Made by a program: the position numbers and the translations under genes
Assembly: GCA_035084275.1 (NCBI GenBank)
Contig: CM068750.1
Span: 8,680,001-8,744,000, forward strand
Source: Hydrolagus colliei
Lineage: Eukaryota
DNA: 64,000 bases
Reading direction: 5' to 3'
In this document: in pieces, positions 63,350 through 64,000 of the stretch
Position numbering within the stretch: the first letter of the stretch is position 1
Layout of the letters: each line of letters starts with the position of its first letter
Notes under the pieces: model-generated
What the model saw: only the letters and a program-made list of their open reading frames with translations
Database searches by the model: none
Told to the model about the DNA's origin: nothing

Positions 63350-64000
63350 GAAACTCTTTGAATTTTGAGAGCAGTCACAATCTAGAGGGAATGATCCTGT
63401 GATGCTGTTCCCACTCACCCCCCCCACCCTCTCCACCCAGCGCCCCCATCCCACTCTCCCGCCCCACCTATCCCCTAGGCATTTTGCTCTTCCTGTTGCA
63501 TTGTGACCACATTAGTTACAGGATTTTCAAGGCTCGTGAGAAAGTTGTTGCAGGGGAGGGTGAGTCATATTTTCATTATCTGACTTTAAATTGTTTAAAA
63601 TTAACTGTTTTATGTTAACAAATGTTGTTGATAGCTTTGAAGAGCAGAAGATGTAAGACATACCTGTGTCTTACATTGGATTTCATGGACCACGGGCAAA
63701 GGAGGTGACAACTGGAGAACAGCAATAGGACATAATTGAAACGCAGAGATGCAGCACTGGCAACAGTAGAAAGAGCAACTACAGCTATATGCTGCAGGGA
63801 GAATATTTCCTGTTCTGGTAAATGTCTCCATTCCCTGAATGTGCTCAGAGTCCCTTTTATGTGCATTACTTCCAAAAGGTGTGAGCAGAGAAAAACTGTT
63901 CCATGGCTTTGCAGTTGCTGGACAATTGGAAGGCAATCCTGTTCAATTCTGTCATCAGAAGATTCACCCTGGCCAGTTATACCATCTGTTGATATTTGAA

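Overview
AT-rich vertebrate DNA. The repeat content (tRNA/Deu-type SINEs with L2 tails, L2, CR1, Penelope-like termini) suggests a cartilaginous fish, possibly a holocephalan; this is inference. The centre holds a complete thrombospondin-1 gene (THBS1) on the minus strand: 21 coding exons, 38980->27467, 3507 nt, 1168 aa, all introns GT-AG and in phase, with a promoter near 39.5 kb and an ~2 kb 3'UTR. It is tail-to-tail with the last two coding exons of FSIP1 on the plus strand (22166-23191). Positions 40-64 kb are repeat-rich upstream intergenic DNA. The most unexpected observation is in the first ~14 kb, inside a presumed long FSIP1 intron: what looks like a tandem array (~2.2-2.9 kb period) of heavily decayed, intronless Toll-like-receptor pseudogenes, with LRR-like and TIR-like fragments all on the + strand, which the ORF track does not reveal. 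Also noted: hammerhead-ribozyme cores in Penelope-like termini, a pre-miRNA-shaped hairpin, a MITE-like palindrome and a SINE/LINE pair sharing a 3' tail. All homology calls come from manual translation and recalled family motifs, not database searches.
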